Assembly: GCF_037042905.1 (NCBI RefSeq)
Contig: NC_087245.1
Coordinates: 7,938,001 to 7,998,000 of the forward strand
Length of the DNA stretch: 60,000 nt
Reading direction: 5' to 3'
Source: Lytechinus pictus
Taxonomy: Eukaryota
Shown piece after piece: positions 1 to 12,712 of this stretch (positions are counted from its first letter, which is position 1; each line of letters starts with the position of its first letter). Made by a program: the position numbers and the translations under genes. Under the pieces are notes generated by a model that was not told where the DNA came from, made no database searches, and saw only the letters and a program-made list of their open reading frames with translations.

Positions 1-90
1 AAAAATCACAATCATATGGTCATTTTTACGATTATGTACACGGCTTTGAAAGTGGGGTCACCCCCCCCCCCCCCGCTTCCGCGGCCCCTG
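1..90. mobile_element. Right end of a hAT-like non-autonomous element, truncated by window start
   Basis: Poly-C followed by GCTTCCGCGGCCCCTG, the same ...CCCCTG terminus style as other CAGGGG-terminated elements in the window. Confidence 0.45.
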
Positions 91-515
91 TATTTCATGT
101 GCAATGGGGATGTCTGAATCTCATCTGTAAATGAAATATATATAATTTATCTTTATTTGATATTAGCCATAAAACAAAACATCAAAACATTCACAATAGG
201 CTTAATGAAGAAGGAAACATTGAAGTCGAAATAATAGAATTATAAAGAAAATGTGAAACTAAATGCTAATGGCAGGGCAAACAAAACTTAATTTATTAAG
301 ATGTAAGAAGAAGGAACGGAAAAGAAGAAAAGAGACAAAGAGAAAGAGAAAGAAAAGATAACAATAAGGAAAGGAAGGGGAAGAAATAAAGAGGGTATAA
401 GAAAGGAGAACAAGTCATATCTTATGTGAGTAGTACATATATAGGGTTAATGTTGCACGCTAAAATTTCATATAATTTCTTATTTTGTACTTTAGAAAAC
501 AGTTTGGTTCATTAA

Positions 516-1106
516 AGGTCAAGTCTACCTCAGAAAAATGTTGATTTGAATCAATAGAGAAAGATCAGACAAGCACAATGCTGAAAATTTCATCAAAATC
601 GGATGTAAAATAAGAAAGTTATGACATTTCCAAGTTTCGCTTATTTTTAACAAAATAGTTATATGAACGAGCCAGTTACATCCAAATGAGAGAGTCGATG
701 ATGTCACTCACTCAATATTTCTTTTGTTTTTTATTGTTTGAATTACACAATATTTCAATTTTTACGAATTTGATGATTAGGACCTCTTTGCCTGAAGCAT
801 AAAATGTTAAACGTGTTCAGGGAGGAATGAAACTTCATTTCACCATGACAATGACAAGAAAATAAAAATATTTCACATTTCATATAATAAAATACAAAAG
901 AAATAGTGAGTGAGTGATGTCATCAGTTCCCTCATTTGCATACCGACCGAGATGTGCATATCAAACTGTTTTGTGAAATGAAGCGAAACTTTTAAATGTC
1001 ATAACTTTCTTATTTTACATCCGATTTTGATGAAATTTTCAGTGTTATGCTTGTTGAATTTTTCTCTTTTTATTCAAATCAAGTTTTGTTGGGGTGGACT
1101 TGTCCT
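516..1106. mobile_element. TTAA-flanked MITE, Kolobok/T2-type, family A
   Basis: TTAA|AGGTCAAGTCTACC ... GGTGGACTTGTCCT|TTAA, long imperfect TIRs; relatives at 5064, 6176 and 59837. Confidence 0.85.
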
Positions 1107-1194
1107 TTAATCAATCAGTTCCATTATATTGTAGAAATGATAAAGATACACGTAGGATGATAAATAACATTAAAAAAAAACAGGACATTGGAGG

Positions 1195-1522
1195 AAAGGA
1201 AGAAGAATGAGAGAGCAAATGAAATAGATGAAAATAAAATTAGAAAAAATAAGAAAGGAGGAGGAAGGGAAAGAATGAAAGAAAGAAAGAGAGAGAGAGA
1301 AAGAGATAAAAATGAAAAAAAAGGAAGGAAAAATGAATGAATGAAAGAAAGAAAAAGGAAGAAAGGAAAGGAAAGAAAGGAAGATATAAAGAGAAAAAGA
1401 AGAGAGAAAAAAGAAAGAAAACAAAAGAGAAGAAAGAGGAAAAGAAAAAAAAATCAAGAAGAATGAAAAGAGGAAAAAAGAAAAAAGGAAAGAAAGGAAG
1501 AGAAAGAAAGAAAAAGAAAAGG
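1195..1522. repeat. Purine-rich (GA/AAAG) low-complexity tract
   Basis: Almost only A/G; produces spurious K/E/R-rich and F/S/L-rich ORFs. Confidence 0.9.
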
Positions 1523-1596
1523 TATATTCCATGTCACTTATAAAAGACCCGGGGGGGGGGGGGTGATCAGGGCATCTTCTACACATTCATATACTG

Positions 1597-2277
1597 TATT
1601 AGTTCCATACACGTTCCTTGCTGTAACAAAAAATGTTTCAAAATATGCCCTATGCTATTTATAACCATGAGCTATTACAGACTTGGTATCATCATGGACC
1701 TATCATCCAAACCATTCCATCTCCTGACTACTCAAGTACATTCATATATGTATCTATGCATGTATATGGATCCTATGTGTATGTAGCAAGCCCCAAAAGT
1801 GAAAGAGGAGTATACCCTATTTGTTTAAATTCCACAAGATAAGAAATGGTCAGAACAGCTGGATCCTAATCCCTCTCTTGCCCCTACTTCCACAAATCTG
1901 CTGTCAATCATGGTATCTACTGGCAACGGAGGGTTTCAGCAAGCTCCGCCTTGTGTACACGTTTCGTGTACATTGGTCAAACAAGTTGTAGACCCAGATC
2001 TGCAGGCTCTAGTAGACCTATAGTCTGCTATGCAGACTCCTTGAATCAGCTGTGATACACACACTGCAGATGTGGGTCTACAGTTGTAGACTACGCTTAA
2101 CGAGGGGCGATGAAATGTCCAGCTCCTACGTCACTCTCAACGGGACGCGCGCCAACGGGACGGTTCGCCGATGAATATTCATGAGTTCGTGGTCGTGTGC
2201 GTACTGTGTGGTGTCCAATACCGAGTGTGCATAACCAAAGAGTTTACAAATGGTGTGTGTGTATAAAACAAAGTAGG
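1597..2277. other. Unclassified GC/CpG-rich, hairpin-rich segment, possibly a non-autonomous element
   Basis: Imperfect terminal IR (TATTAGTTCCATACAC / GTGTATAAAACAAAGTA) and several internal stems. Confidence 0.35.
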
Positions 2278-2329
2278 GGGTTATTTTAACGGATAATGAT
2301 TAGTATTATACGGTACTGTAGAAAATAAA

Positions 2330-3052
2330 AGTGTACAATGAGGTTTTACAAAAGAGGAAATAATACAAATATATATGTTATAGGAGGACAATGTAAGATG
2401 AGATGAGGCAAGTGTACAGTGAGGTTTTAACAAAGAATGTATAATGATAAAATATATGTAGAGGACAATGTAAGATGAGATGAGGCAAATGTAAAAGAGG
2501 AAGATGAGATGAGGCAAGTGTACAATGAGGTTTTACGCAAGAGGAAATAATACAAATATATATGGAGGACAATGTAAGATGAGATGAGGCAAGTGCACAG
2601 TGAGGTTTTAACAAAGAATGTATAATGATAAAATATATGTAGAGGACAATGTAAGATGAGATGAGGCAAATGTAAAAGAGGAAATAATGCAAATATATAT
2701 GGAGGACAATGTAAGATGAGATGAGGCAAGTGTACAGTGAGGTTTTAACAAAGAATGTATAATGATAAAATATATGTAGAGGACAATGTAAGATGAGATG
2801 AGGCAAGTGTACAATGAGGTTTTACGCAAGAGGAAATAATACAAATATATATGGAGGACAATGTAAGATGAGAAGAGGCAAGTGTACAGTGAGGTTTTAA
2901 CAAAGAATGTATAATGATACAAATATATGTAGAGGACAATGTAAGATGAGATGAGGCAAGTGTATCAGTGAGGTTTTTTTTCAAAAGAGGAAATAATACA
3001 AATATATATGGAGGACAATGTAAGATGAGATGAGGCAAGTGTACGGTGAGGT
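2330..3052. repeat. Minisatellite, about 75-79 bp units with two alternating variants
   Basis: Core GAGGACAATGTAAGATGAGATGAGGCAA at about 2384, 2461, 2565, 2642, 2702, 2779, 2854, 2932 and 3011. Confidence 0.9.
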
Positions 3053-3056
3053 TTAA

Positions 3057-3572
3057 AGGGATGGTCCAGGCTGTAAATATTTATATAGCAATGAAAAGAG
3101 TAAAATTCACATTGCAACTATGCTGAAAGTTTGATCAAAATCTGATAACAAATAACAAAGTTATTAGATTTGCATTATTCCGGTGAAACAGTTCTATGCA
3201 TGTCTTTATGATTAGGTGGACCGATGATGTCATGTCCCCACTTAATCTTTTGCATCTTATTATATGAAATTAGGTTTATTCAATTTTTTTCTACCAAGAA
3301 CTATAACAACTGGATCGACAACTGATTAAGTGCATTAGTTATATATTGCCGCAACTTATTGAATCATAATGGAGACACATCATTTACATATGTATGAAAA
3401 AATGAAACATTTATGATTTCATGTAATAACATAAGTAAAGGGAAAGTGGGGATGTGACATCATCAGCCCACCTAATGAATATTCATGATGATGTGCATAT
3501 AAGTTTCATAAAATATTGATAAACTTCGTTATTTGTTATCCGATTTTAATGAAATTTTCAGCATTTTGCTCT
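3057..3572. mobile_element. TTAA-type MITE family B, right end missing
   Basis: TTAA|AGGGATGGTCCAGGCTG start; body homologous to 4255-4767. Confidence 0.7.
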
Positions 3573-4254
3573 GTGAAACATGACTAAGAAAAAAATAGTA
3601 TTATTTTTTCTGGGACCACAGATTTCCTGCTGAGTCGGGTGAAACATGACCAAGAAAAAAACTTTATAACAATTGTTTTGCATAATTTTTTTTAATGAGA
3701 TTTGCATCTTTTGGGAGGGGATTTTATATATTTTGGGAGTGGAAAGGTTCAAAATTCATCCATGCAAGCAGGAGGTTCAAAGCACTCAAGATTTTAAGTT
3801 CACTCCAAAAAAAAATTGGCTCCCAATTAATCCATATGATTTGAGACTAGATAGATCCTTTGCATTCAGAGATATCACACCTATAACTACTTTTTTTTAG
3901 AATTGTTCACTCCAGATCTCCCGCACCTTTTTATATTCTATAGACTCCTTTTACATTTTGTATGTTATAACACAGATTTCTTTATTACGTTCCTTAATAA
4001 TCATTAATCATAAATGAATAGGAATAAAACATGGAAATAAATTTACCACTTAAAAAATACACACAAAAAATACACAGACTTCTTTATTACGTTCCGTAAT
4101 AATCGTGAAATAATTATAAATGAATAGGAATAAAACATGGAAATTAATATCTGACATAATAATACACAAAATAATAACTGCAAAAGAAATAACAAACAAC
4201 TGGGTAAGGCGGGTCATTGGGACGATTACATGAAAATGGTCTTGGAATGTTTAA

Positions 4255-4767
4255 AGGGATACTCTGGACTTAAAATATGATATAAACAGATACAGAAAAA
4301 TCTGACAAAACACTAAATATTTGATCAAAATCGGATAAGGAATAATAAAGTTATGGCATTTTCATGATTTGTATCATTCCAATGTAATAGGCATGTCTTC
4401 ATGAATATTCAATGAGCAAATTGATGATGTTGTATCCCCACTTGTTCTTTTGTATTTTGAAATTAGGTTTATTCAAATTATTTCTACAAAGAACTGCAAC
4501 TTATTTCATTATAAAGGACACACATGAACAATTATGAATTCATGTAATAACATAAGAAAAAGGGAAAGTGGAGATGTGACGTCATCAGCCCACCTAATGA
4601 ATATTCATGATGATGTGCATATAACTAATTCCACAAAATATTGCGGATCTTTAAAATTCAATAACTTCTTTATTTGTCATCCAATTTTGATGAAATTTTC
4701 AGCATTTTGCTTAGTGAATTGTACTCTATTTATTTAGATATAAATATTTTCTGCCCGGAGCATCCCT
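4255..4767. mobile_element. TTAA-flanked MITE family B, Kolobok-type
   Basis: TTAA|AGGGATACTCTGG ... CCGGAGCATCCCT|TTAA. Confidence 0.8.
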
Positions 4768-5063
4768 TTAAGGCATCATATGAAGAGGTATAATAACAAT
4801 TATTTCTGAAATATATATATTCCTTGGAAAAACCTACAATCACCTCCTGGTCCTACTCTTAACATTTGCATATTTTCATTTGGGAAAACCTGAATTGCCT
4901 CACCTCCCCTTACATTATGATTAGCCTCTTTGTCATTTAAATGCATTTGTACACTATTTCTACACTAAACAATTTCATTTTGAAAAAACCTTGTACACTT
5001 GCCTCACCTCCCTTTACATAAGCCTATTTTCATTTATTTTCATTATAACGTTTGTTTTCTTAA

Positions 5064-5638
5064 AGGTCAAGTCCACCCAAGCAAAATGTTGATTTGAATA
5101 AAAAGAGAAAAATCCAACAAGCATAACATTGAAAATTTCATCAAAATCGGATGTAAAAAAAGAAAGTTATGACATTATAAAGTTTCGCTTGTTTTTCACA
5201 AAACAGTGATATGTAAAAGTGACATGCAAATGAGACATTCGATGATGTCCCGCACTCACTATTTCTTTTGTTTTTTATTGTTTGAATTATACAATATTTC
5301 ATTTTTAACAGATTTGACAATTAAGGACCAACTTGATTGAACCATATAGTATTAAACAATGCTAAATGTATGTTCTGGGACATGGAGAAAATTGGAATAT
5401 TTCATATTTCATACTGTTTATAATGAAATACAAAAGAAATAGTGAGTGATGTCATTAGTCTCCTCATTTGCATACCGACACGGATGTGAATATAACAGTT
5501 ATTTGTGAAATTAAGTGAAACTTTAAAATGTCATAAATTCATATTTTACATCCGATTTTGATGAAACTTTCAGTGTTATGCTAGTTGAATTTTTCTCTTT
5601 TTATTCAAATCAACTTTCTGTTTGGGTGGACTTGACCT
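5064..5638. mobile_element. TTAA-flanked MITE family A
   Basis: TTAA|AGGTCAAGTCCACCCA ... TGGGTGGACTTGACCT|TTAA. Confidence 0.88.
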
Positions 5639-6175
5639 TTAAGAAAACAAATGTTATAATGAAAATAAATGAAAATAGGCTTATGTAAAGCGAGGAAATA
5701 ATACAAATATATATGGAGGACAATGTAAGATGAGGCAGGTGTACAGTGAGGTTTTAACAAAGAATGTATAATGATAAAATATATGTAGATGCAATGTATA
5801 ATGGATAAAGAGATTTCAAGTTTCCCCCAACATACCAAAAGCCTGGCGGGCTCTTTCATAAAAATAATACAATAGCAATATGTGTATTTTTAAAAGTCAT
5901 TACTGGGTGAATAGATGTATTAAAGGTGGGGGCCATGTTTTGGTGTTTTAATTTGGTTTGGCTTAATTGACTTAACATATTTAAACCGGTGCTCTGTGTC
6001 CATCCCCTAACCTTGGTAAATCATCCTCCACTGCCTGAACACGGCATACAAAACGGGGGGAAAGCCCACCAAGGGCTATTCTAGCAAATTTATTTATTCA
6101 ATAAAACATCTTTCAACAGGGTAAACATTAATCAGCTCGCAGGCAGTTTCGCAATAATGGTCCTGCACTTTTAAA

Positions 6176-9120
6176 AGGTCAAGTCCACCCCCCCAAAAAA
6201 AAGATGATTTGAATAAATAGCGAAAATCTAACTAGTAAAACGCTAAACATATCATCAAAATCGGATGTAAACTAAGAAAGTTATGACATTTTAAAGTTTC
6301 GCTTATTTTTCACAAAACAGTTATATGCACATCTCAGTGACATGCAAATCAGACAGTCGATGATGTCCATCACTCACTATTTCTTTTGATTTTTGTTGTT
6401 TGAATTATATAATATTTCATTTTACAGATTTTGACATTAATGATCAACTTGACTGAACCATATAGCAGGGGCGGATCCAGCCTTCGCCAATAGGGGGGCC
6501 CGGAATTTTTTTTCAGCCACATTTTCCCCGATAGGCCGCTCGAAGATAATTTTGTTTGTTTCTTTAAAGGGGTAGTCCTAATTAAAAAGTGCGAGCTTTT
6601 TGCTTATTTTTGTATTTTGTCTTAAAATCTAAACATTTTGGGCAATGTTTATGATCCTAAACGACATGTGTATCCAACTAAATAATTGCTGCGAGCGCGA
6701 GCAGAAATTTTTAATATGCGTTTTGATCTGATGAAAAAAATGATCTGTTAACAGCAGCTTGTTAGCCATGAAGACGTTACATGTTTCAACTATCAAATAA
6801 TGCGAGCGCAAAGTGCGATCTGAAAAATTCGAGAATTAAACCTAAAATGGGACACTCTATTCATATTTTGTAAATCATGAAAAGGATGAGTAATTGGAAA
6901 TCTTCCAATATTAATAATGCGAGAAGTATATAACTAAATAATTGATGCGAGCGCGAAGCGCGAGCTGAAAATTTTGAGATTTAAACCTAAAAATGGGACA
7001 CTCTATTCATACTTTGTAAATCATGAAAAAGATGAGTAATTTGAAATCCTCCAATATTAATAATGCGAGCGCGAGCAGATTTTTTTTCTTTATTCTTACA
7101 TTTTGATCTGATAAAAAAAGGATCTGTTAATAGCTACTTGTTAGCCATGAAGACGTTACATATTTTAACTATCAAATAATGCGAGCGCGAAGCGCGAGCT
7201 GAAAATTTTGACATTTTTACCTGAAGAATGGAAAACGATAAATATATAACTAAATAATTGATGCAAGCGCGAAGTGCGAGCTGAAAAATTCGAGATTTAA
7301 ACCTACATATGGGACACTATTCATGTTTTGTAAATCATGAAAAGGATGAGTAAATTTTCCTATATTAATAATGCGAGCGCAAAGAGGGAGCAGAATTTTT
7401 TTAATTTCTTTTTAATATACGTTTTGATCTAATCAAAAAAGGATCTGTTTACGGCTGCTTGTTAGCCATTAAGACGTTACATATATTAACTATCAAATAA
7501 TGCGAGCGCGAAGCGCGAGCTGAATTTTTTAAAAACATTTTTACATTAAGAATGGAAATTCTAAGCACTTTTTGTAATCGTGAAAAGGATAAGTATAAAA
7601 CTAAACAATTGATGCGAGCGCGAAGCGTGAGCGGAAAAATTCCGGACACTCTATTCATGTTTTGTAAATCATGAAAAGGACGAGTAATTGAACAGTTTCC
7701 TACATTAATAATGCGAGCGCACAGCGCGAGCAGACAATTTTTGATAATGTGATCTGAAACTGGATAATGATTTAGATAGAGAACAATCTAAACGCGTGTT
7801 TCAGATTTCGAACTAGAATTTGGGTATTCTAAATACCTTTCTTATCAAGAAAACCAATAAAGCGAGCGCAAAGCGCGAGCTAAAAATATGTGATATTCTG
7901 ATCTGAAAAAGGGACAATTTAAGCTCTGTATTTCAAGCACTTTGTGGGAAAATTGTGAGGTGGATATGGATCACAGTTTAAAAAGAGCTGATATGTTTCA
8001 TTATCATTACTTTGAGATTTGATATAGGACCGGGACATTTTATGAGGACATTATGTCATCATACGAAAATGATGACAATCTTCCTATTTCTCTTCCTAAG
8101 CATGAGAGCGCGAAATCTGTTAATATTATGGCCTGAAAACTGGACATTATTTAAAAACACTTTTGTAATTATAAATAAGATGCATGAGATAATATCTTTC
8201 AACAATCAATGCGAGCGGTAATCGCGAGCCGTAATTTTTGATAAACTGTCATCAATGGGGATTTTAAGTAGTTTGTTTTAGAATTAATATTGAAATATAC
8301 ATAACTCACCAATCAAAATGCGAGCGTGCAGGGCTAGCTGATACGTTTTGACAATCTGACCTGAATAGGGATAATTTGATAACTTAATGGAATACATGAA
8401 AATAATAGGTACCTGACAAATCAAATTTTGCGAGCGCGCAGCGTAAGCAGAAAATGTTAATATTCAGACTATAAAACATAAATTTTTACAGAGCACTTTT
8501 TAAAAATAAATTTGTAAAGCAAACAAAATAATGAAAGTTCAATTTCCGAGCTGAAATACGTTTTGTATTTTGACTTCAAAATTTGATATTTTAAGCTCCA
8601 TATTGAGCAAGATATGTAAATCACCTAAAAGGCAATTTTTTAAATTATTTTCCAAGTCTTCCCCCATCTTATTTTATTCACTCGTCTTCCTCCTCTTATG
8701 TTTCTTCTTCTTTTTTTCTCCTCTCTTTTCCCTTCTTTTTCTTTTTTTTTTGCTCCGCCAATAGGGGGGGGGGGGCGGGCCCCCCTGGATCCGCCTATGA
8801 TATAGTATTAAAACAATGCTAATTCCACATGTTCAGAGAGGAATTAAGCTTTGTTTCACTTGACAATGAGGAGAAAATTAGAATATTTCATATACAAGTA
8901 ATGAAATACAAAAGAAATAGTCAATGGATGACGTCATCAGTCTCCTCATTTGCATACCGACCAGGATGTGTATAATAAATGTTTTGTGAAATTAAGCGAA
9001 CCTTTAAAATGTCATAACTTTCTTATTTTACATCTGATTTTGATGAAATTTTCAGTGTTATCCTTGTTGGATTTTTCTCTTTTTATTTAAATGAACTAAT
9101 GGTTGGGGTGGACTTGTCCT
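6176..9120. mobile_element. TTAA-type MITE family A, split by a 2.3-kb insertion
   Basis: AGGTCAAGTCCACC ... GGTGGACTTGTCCT; the two halves rejoin at ATATAG, as in the intact copy near 5344. Confidence 0.8.
6466..8799 (+). mobile_element. CAG-terminated hAT-like non-autonomous element with an internal GCGAGCGCGAAGCGCGAGC array
   Basis: CAGGGGCGGATCCAG ... CTGGATCCGCCTATG, ATATAG duplicated on both sides, subterminal poly-G. Confidence 0.8.
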
Positions 9121-9334
9121 TCAAAGAGAGAAGTACACACATTAAAAGGAAATATTACAGATAATTAGGAATAATTGTATACAGCAAAACTAAAATCCAA
9201 ATAATAAGTGAAACATCAGAAAGAAAAAAGAACAAATAGTAGGATAAAGAAGTGAAGGAAAAAGAAAGAGGTTTTATACATCGATATGAAATCATCAACA
9301 GGATAGGCCTCAATTTAAAGAATTACTATCAATA

Positions 9335-9575
9335 TTAATACTTATAGGAAATCATATTCGGATGATCTGTTTTGGTTTCACTTGTGTTAATGCGTAATCG
9401 ATTTCGGTTATACCAGTCATTAAAGGCGTTTAAATCATTCTGTAATTTTTTTGTTACATCTTCCAATTTACTGTCAGAGGCAAATACTACTACTACCTCA
9501 TCAGCAAATATGCTGCAAGCACCTTCAGTAATACATTTAGATATATCATTAATACATATTAAGAACAGGATGGGG
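9335..9575 (-). pseudogene. CR1/L2-type LINE reverse transcriptase fragment
   Basis: LAPILFLICINDI...SIFADE...LQNDLNAFNDWYNRNRLRINTSETK. Confidence 0.8.
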
Positions 9576-9886
9576 GCCAAATGGGTCTTATATGGTTGCC
9601 ATGGCAATACAAGTATAGCAACAAATATATGCCTATTCATGTTCAGAACCCTCCAAAGCAAATAAACGAAACATCATATTTTACATATTTTTATCAAAAT
9701 TTGCACTATTCTGGGGGGGAAATATGCCTTTGCCAGCATTTCAACGGGTCATTTGCAACATTGTTATTTATCATTAAATAATAGCGCCTTTACCAAGACA
9801 ACATCAATATTTATCATTTTAATGAATTCATGAAGAACACTTTCTACAATTTGTTTTCAAATGAAACGACCGTGTCAAACCTTACG

Positions 9887-10432
9887 CCCGCCCCCCCCCC
9901 ACTCAGTGTTATTTAGGGTACGCCTATATGCTCGTTCCCTCCCTTTGAAAGTACCCCCTGTCGAAGGTCTGCTAAAATTTCTGAACCCCCCTTTCGAGGG
10001 CTTTTCGCGGGCTTTTTCTGCCTTGGAGACCCCCCTAAATCCGGAACACTGCTATACCCCCTTTCTCAGGTGAGCTCTCATTCCAACAAAAGGTCCGTAC
10101 TTTACTTTTCAAAATGAAATCATCCTGAATGAGCTTTCAAAACTAGAATTTCAGGAATTAATTGATCAAATCCCGGCCCGGCCGGGATTTGATCAATTTT
10201 ATATGTTATTCAAGATATTTTATAACCCCCTTTTAAAATTTCTCAGGAGTCCAAAGAGAGATATAAAAAACACCCCCTTTTTAAAGAAATCTCCGGGTGA
10301 AATTACAAATACACCCCCCTTTTTTACAATTCGCGGGCCGGACCTGTCCCGCGAAAAAGTACCCCTTTACCGGACATTTTGGGAACACGCATGCGGTCCT
10401 TCCGACCCCAGAGTGGGGGGGGGGGGGGCGGG
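9887..10432. mobile_element. CCCG...CGGG-terminated non-autonomous DNA element with 8-bp TSD
   Basis: ACCTTACG|CCCGCCCCC...ACTC and GAGTGGGG...GCGGG|ACCTTACG. Confidence 0.8.
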
Positions 10433-11876
10433 ACCTTACGGATATCTTGTTTACCATGTTATTTGGTTGGCCTTGGTATTTATATACATTTAGCAACAAA
10501 CATAACTTTGTTTTGCATCCTAAAATATAGGGGAAATGAAAGAAATATCTGATTCTACTGATGTTTTTATCAAAATCTGTACATTCTGAGGGATAATTAG
10601 CCGTTACCATGGCAACAGGACATTTGCAAAATTTTATTATTAAATTCTAGCTTTACCAAGGCAACATCAATATTTTTCTAATAAACTCCTGCACAGAACA
10701 CTTTCTGTAATTTGTTTTTAAAATTAAATAAGTGGGTTAAACATGACTGTAGATTAGGTTAATTTTGTTGTATTTTCTAACATTATCGTTTTCACCATAT
10801 TTTTTTTTGCAAATTAGAAGTTATTTTGTTGCCATAGCAACGGCCTTAGATGGTATTTATGCATTTATCAACAATCACTTTTATGTTAAACTCCCTAAAG
10901 CCTTGGAATTTACTAGTGCGCGCTCGGCTGAAAAAGTGTCATAAAAAAGTGCGCACGATCGTTTTGCAAGGCTTTAGAAAAGAAATCAAGCAGACAAAGT
11001 TAAGATAATTGTATCAGATGGAGGTCAAAATGCCATAAGTTCGGTTGGTATCACATTTTACTAATACTTAATCGGAGACTCGGAGACCTCCGCTTGCAAA
11101 CTGGCGAATTCTTGATGCTTGTCGTCGAGAAGGTCGGATTCTTTCGGAGCGGACGCAAATGGTAGCAAAATTTGCCGATGTTTTGCCAATCTTTTCATTA
11201 ATAGAGACCTCACCTGCAAGAAAATTACTTCACTGGGTAGTTTTAAGTCGCTCTTTATGTTGGTGATATCAGTTTTTCATAATATTAATTAGATATTGAG
11301 GTATTCGCCCGTGCGCAAAATTAGGTAACGCGCGAATTATGGTCACACTACCACATAACACTAGCCTCGTCTGCTACGTAATCTAAATGAGCGACATGAC
11401 CAACACTATAACCATTATGTTTATGCAAATGAGAACACTGGGACACTTTCCCCTATTCGGATTTTGGGGGACTTTTTGTATGGTCTTCTATGGACCCCAA
11501 AGAAATGTTCTGCATTGGAATGAATTCTGTTGCAATTTGTTCCAAGTAAAAAATTTGAAATGACTGGACTAATGTACGAAATTGAGCGTTTCAATTAATC
11601 GCCGAAGTGTCCGGTCCGTGTCCGGTCTTCCCTTTGTAGAACGTGTGTAGAAGCATGGACTAACTAGTGAGGTCCATGGGCGACGAAACTGTTTTATTGC
11701 GAAAATGAATGTCTCTCGCCGGTGCAGCCTGATCGCGGAGTGACAGTGATTGATGGCGGACTGGGGAATTCCAGCTGTCAATTAAGTTATGGTCATCGGC
11801 GCGAAATTTGAATTGGCCAAGTAGGCTCAAGAGACCTGTCGGCGGTCGTGACTCTACAATCCGTGCTCAGTCCATC

Positions 11877-12712
11877 CATGGTAGCCCCACCCATGAAAAT
11901 ATTGGGGGGGGGGGGCAAACATATCGCTTTGCCCCCCCAATAATTCCGCATGTGCAAAAATAAAATAAGATTGTAATGTTACACAGAAATCAGCAAGTGA
12001 GATTGAGATACACAACTCGTTCTTTATTTAAAATCGTACTCAAAATGTTCGCTATTCAGATATATGGGAATATAAAAATTTTCAGCTCGCGCTCGCATCA
12101 TTTCTGTAGCAAAAACCCATACTTATCATGATTAAATAGGTGAATAGAATGTCCCGTTTTCAGTTCTGAACTTCAAAAGAACTCCCGCTCCGATTTGCAA
12201 TAATCTTTTGTTGGATATATTATATCCAACAAATATCTTGTTCTTAATTAAAAACGTTCATTAAACTGTCATTTTTTGTCAGATCTAAATATCAAAATTT
12301 TCAGCTCGCGCTTTGCGCTCGCATCTATTGTTCTTTTAGATACCCATCTTAATCATTGGTACCAAAAATGCTTAGAATATCAAGCTCTCAGGTCAGAATA
12401 TAAAGAAATTTCAGCTCGCTCACGGCACTCGCATCATCTGTGTAGTGAGATATGTACAAACAGGCGGTACCTTTTTCCTGTTTTTCAGGTCAGTATACTA
12501 AAAAATTTGAGCTCGCGCTTCGCGCTCGCATCCATTTGTTGGTGAGATATGTGTCTCTTTCTCATGAGTCATATATATATGTACATACATATGCCTATGT
12601 GTGTGTTTTTTTGTGTGTGGGCGAGTTTGTTTGTTTTGTGTGATCGAGCGCCTTTGGAACGTTGATTTATGATTCCCCCCCCCCCAATCTGAAAAATGGA
12701 TCGACGCCCCTG
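11877..12712 (-). mobile_element. hAT-like MITE, reverse copy of the 46833-47634 family
   Basis: Ends ...GGATCGACGCCCCTG; body is the reverse complement of 46833-47600; left boundary approximate. Confidence 0.75.

Noticed and set aside
1170..1586. K/E/R-rich and F/S/L-rich ORFs
   Set aside because: Translation of low-complexity purine tracts
2330..3052. CRISPR-like array of constant repeats with spacers
   Set aside because: Spacers are themselves repeated, there are no cas genes, and the context is eukaryotic; this is a minisatellite
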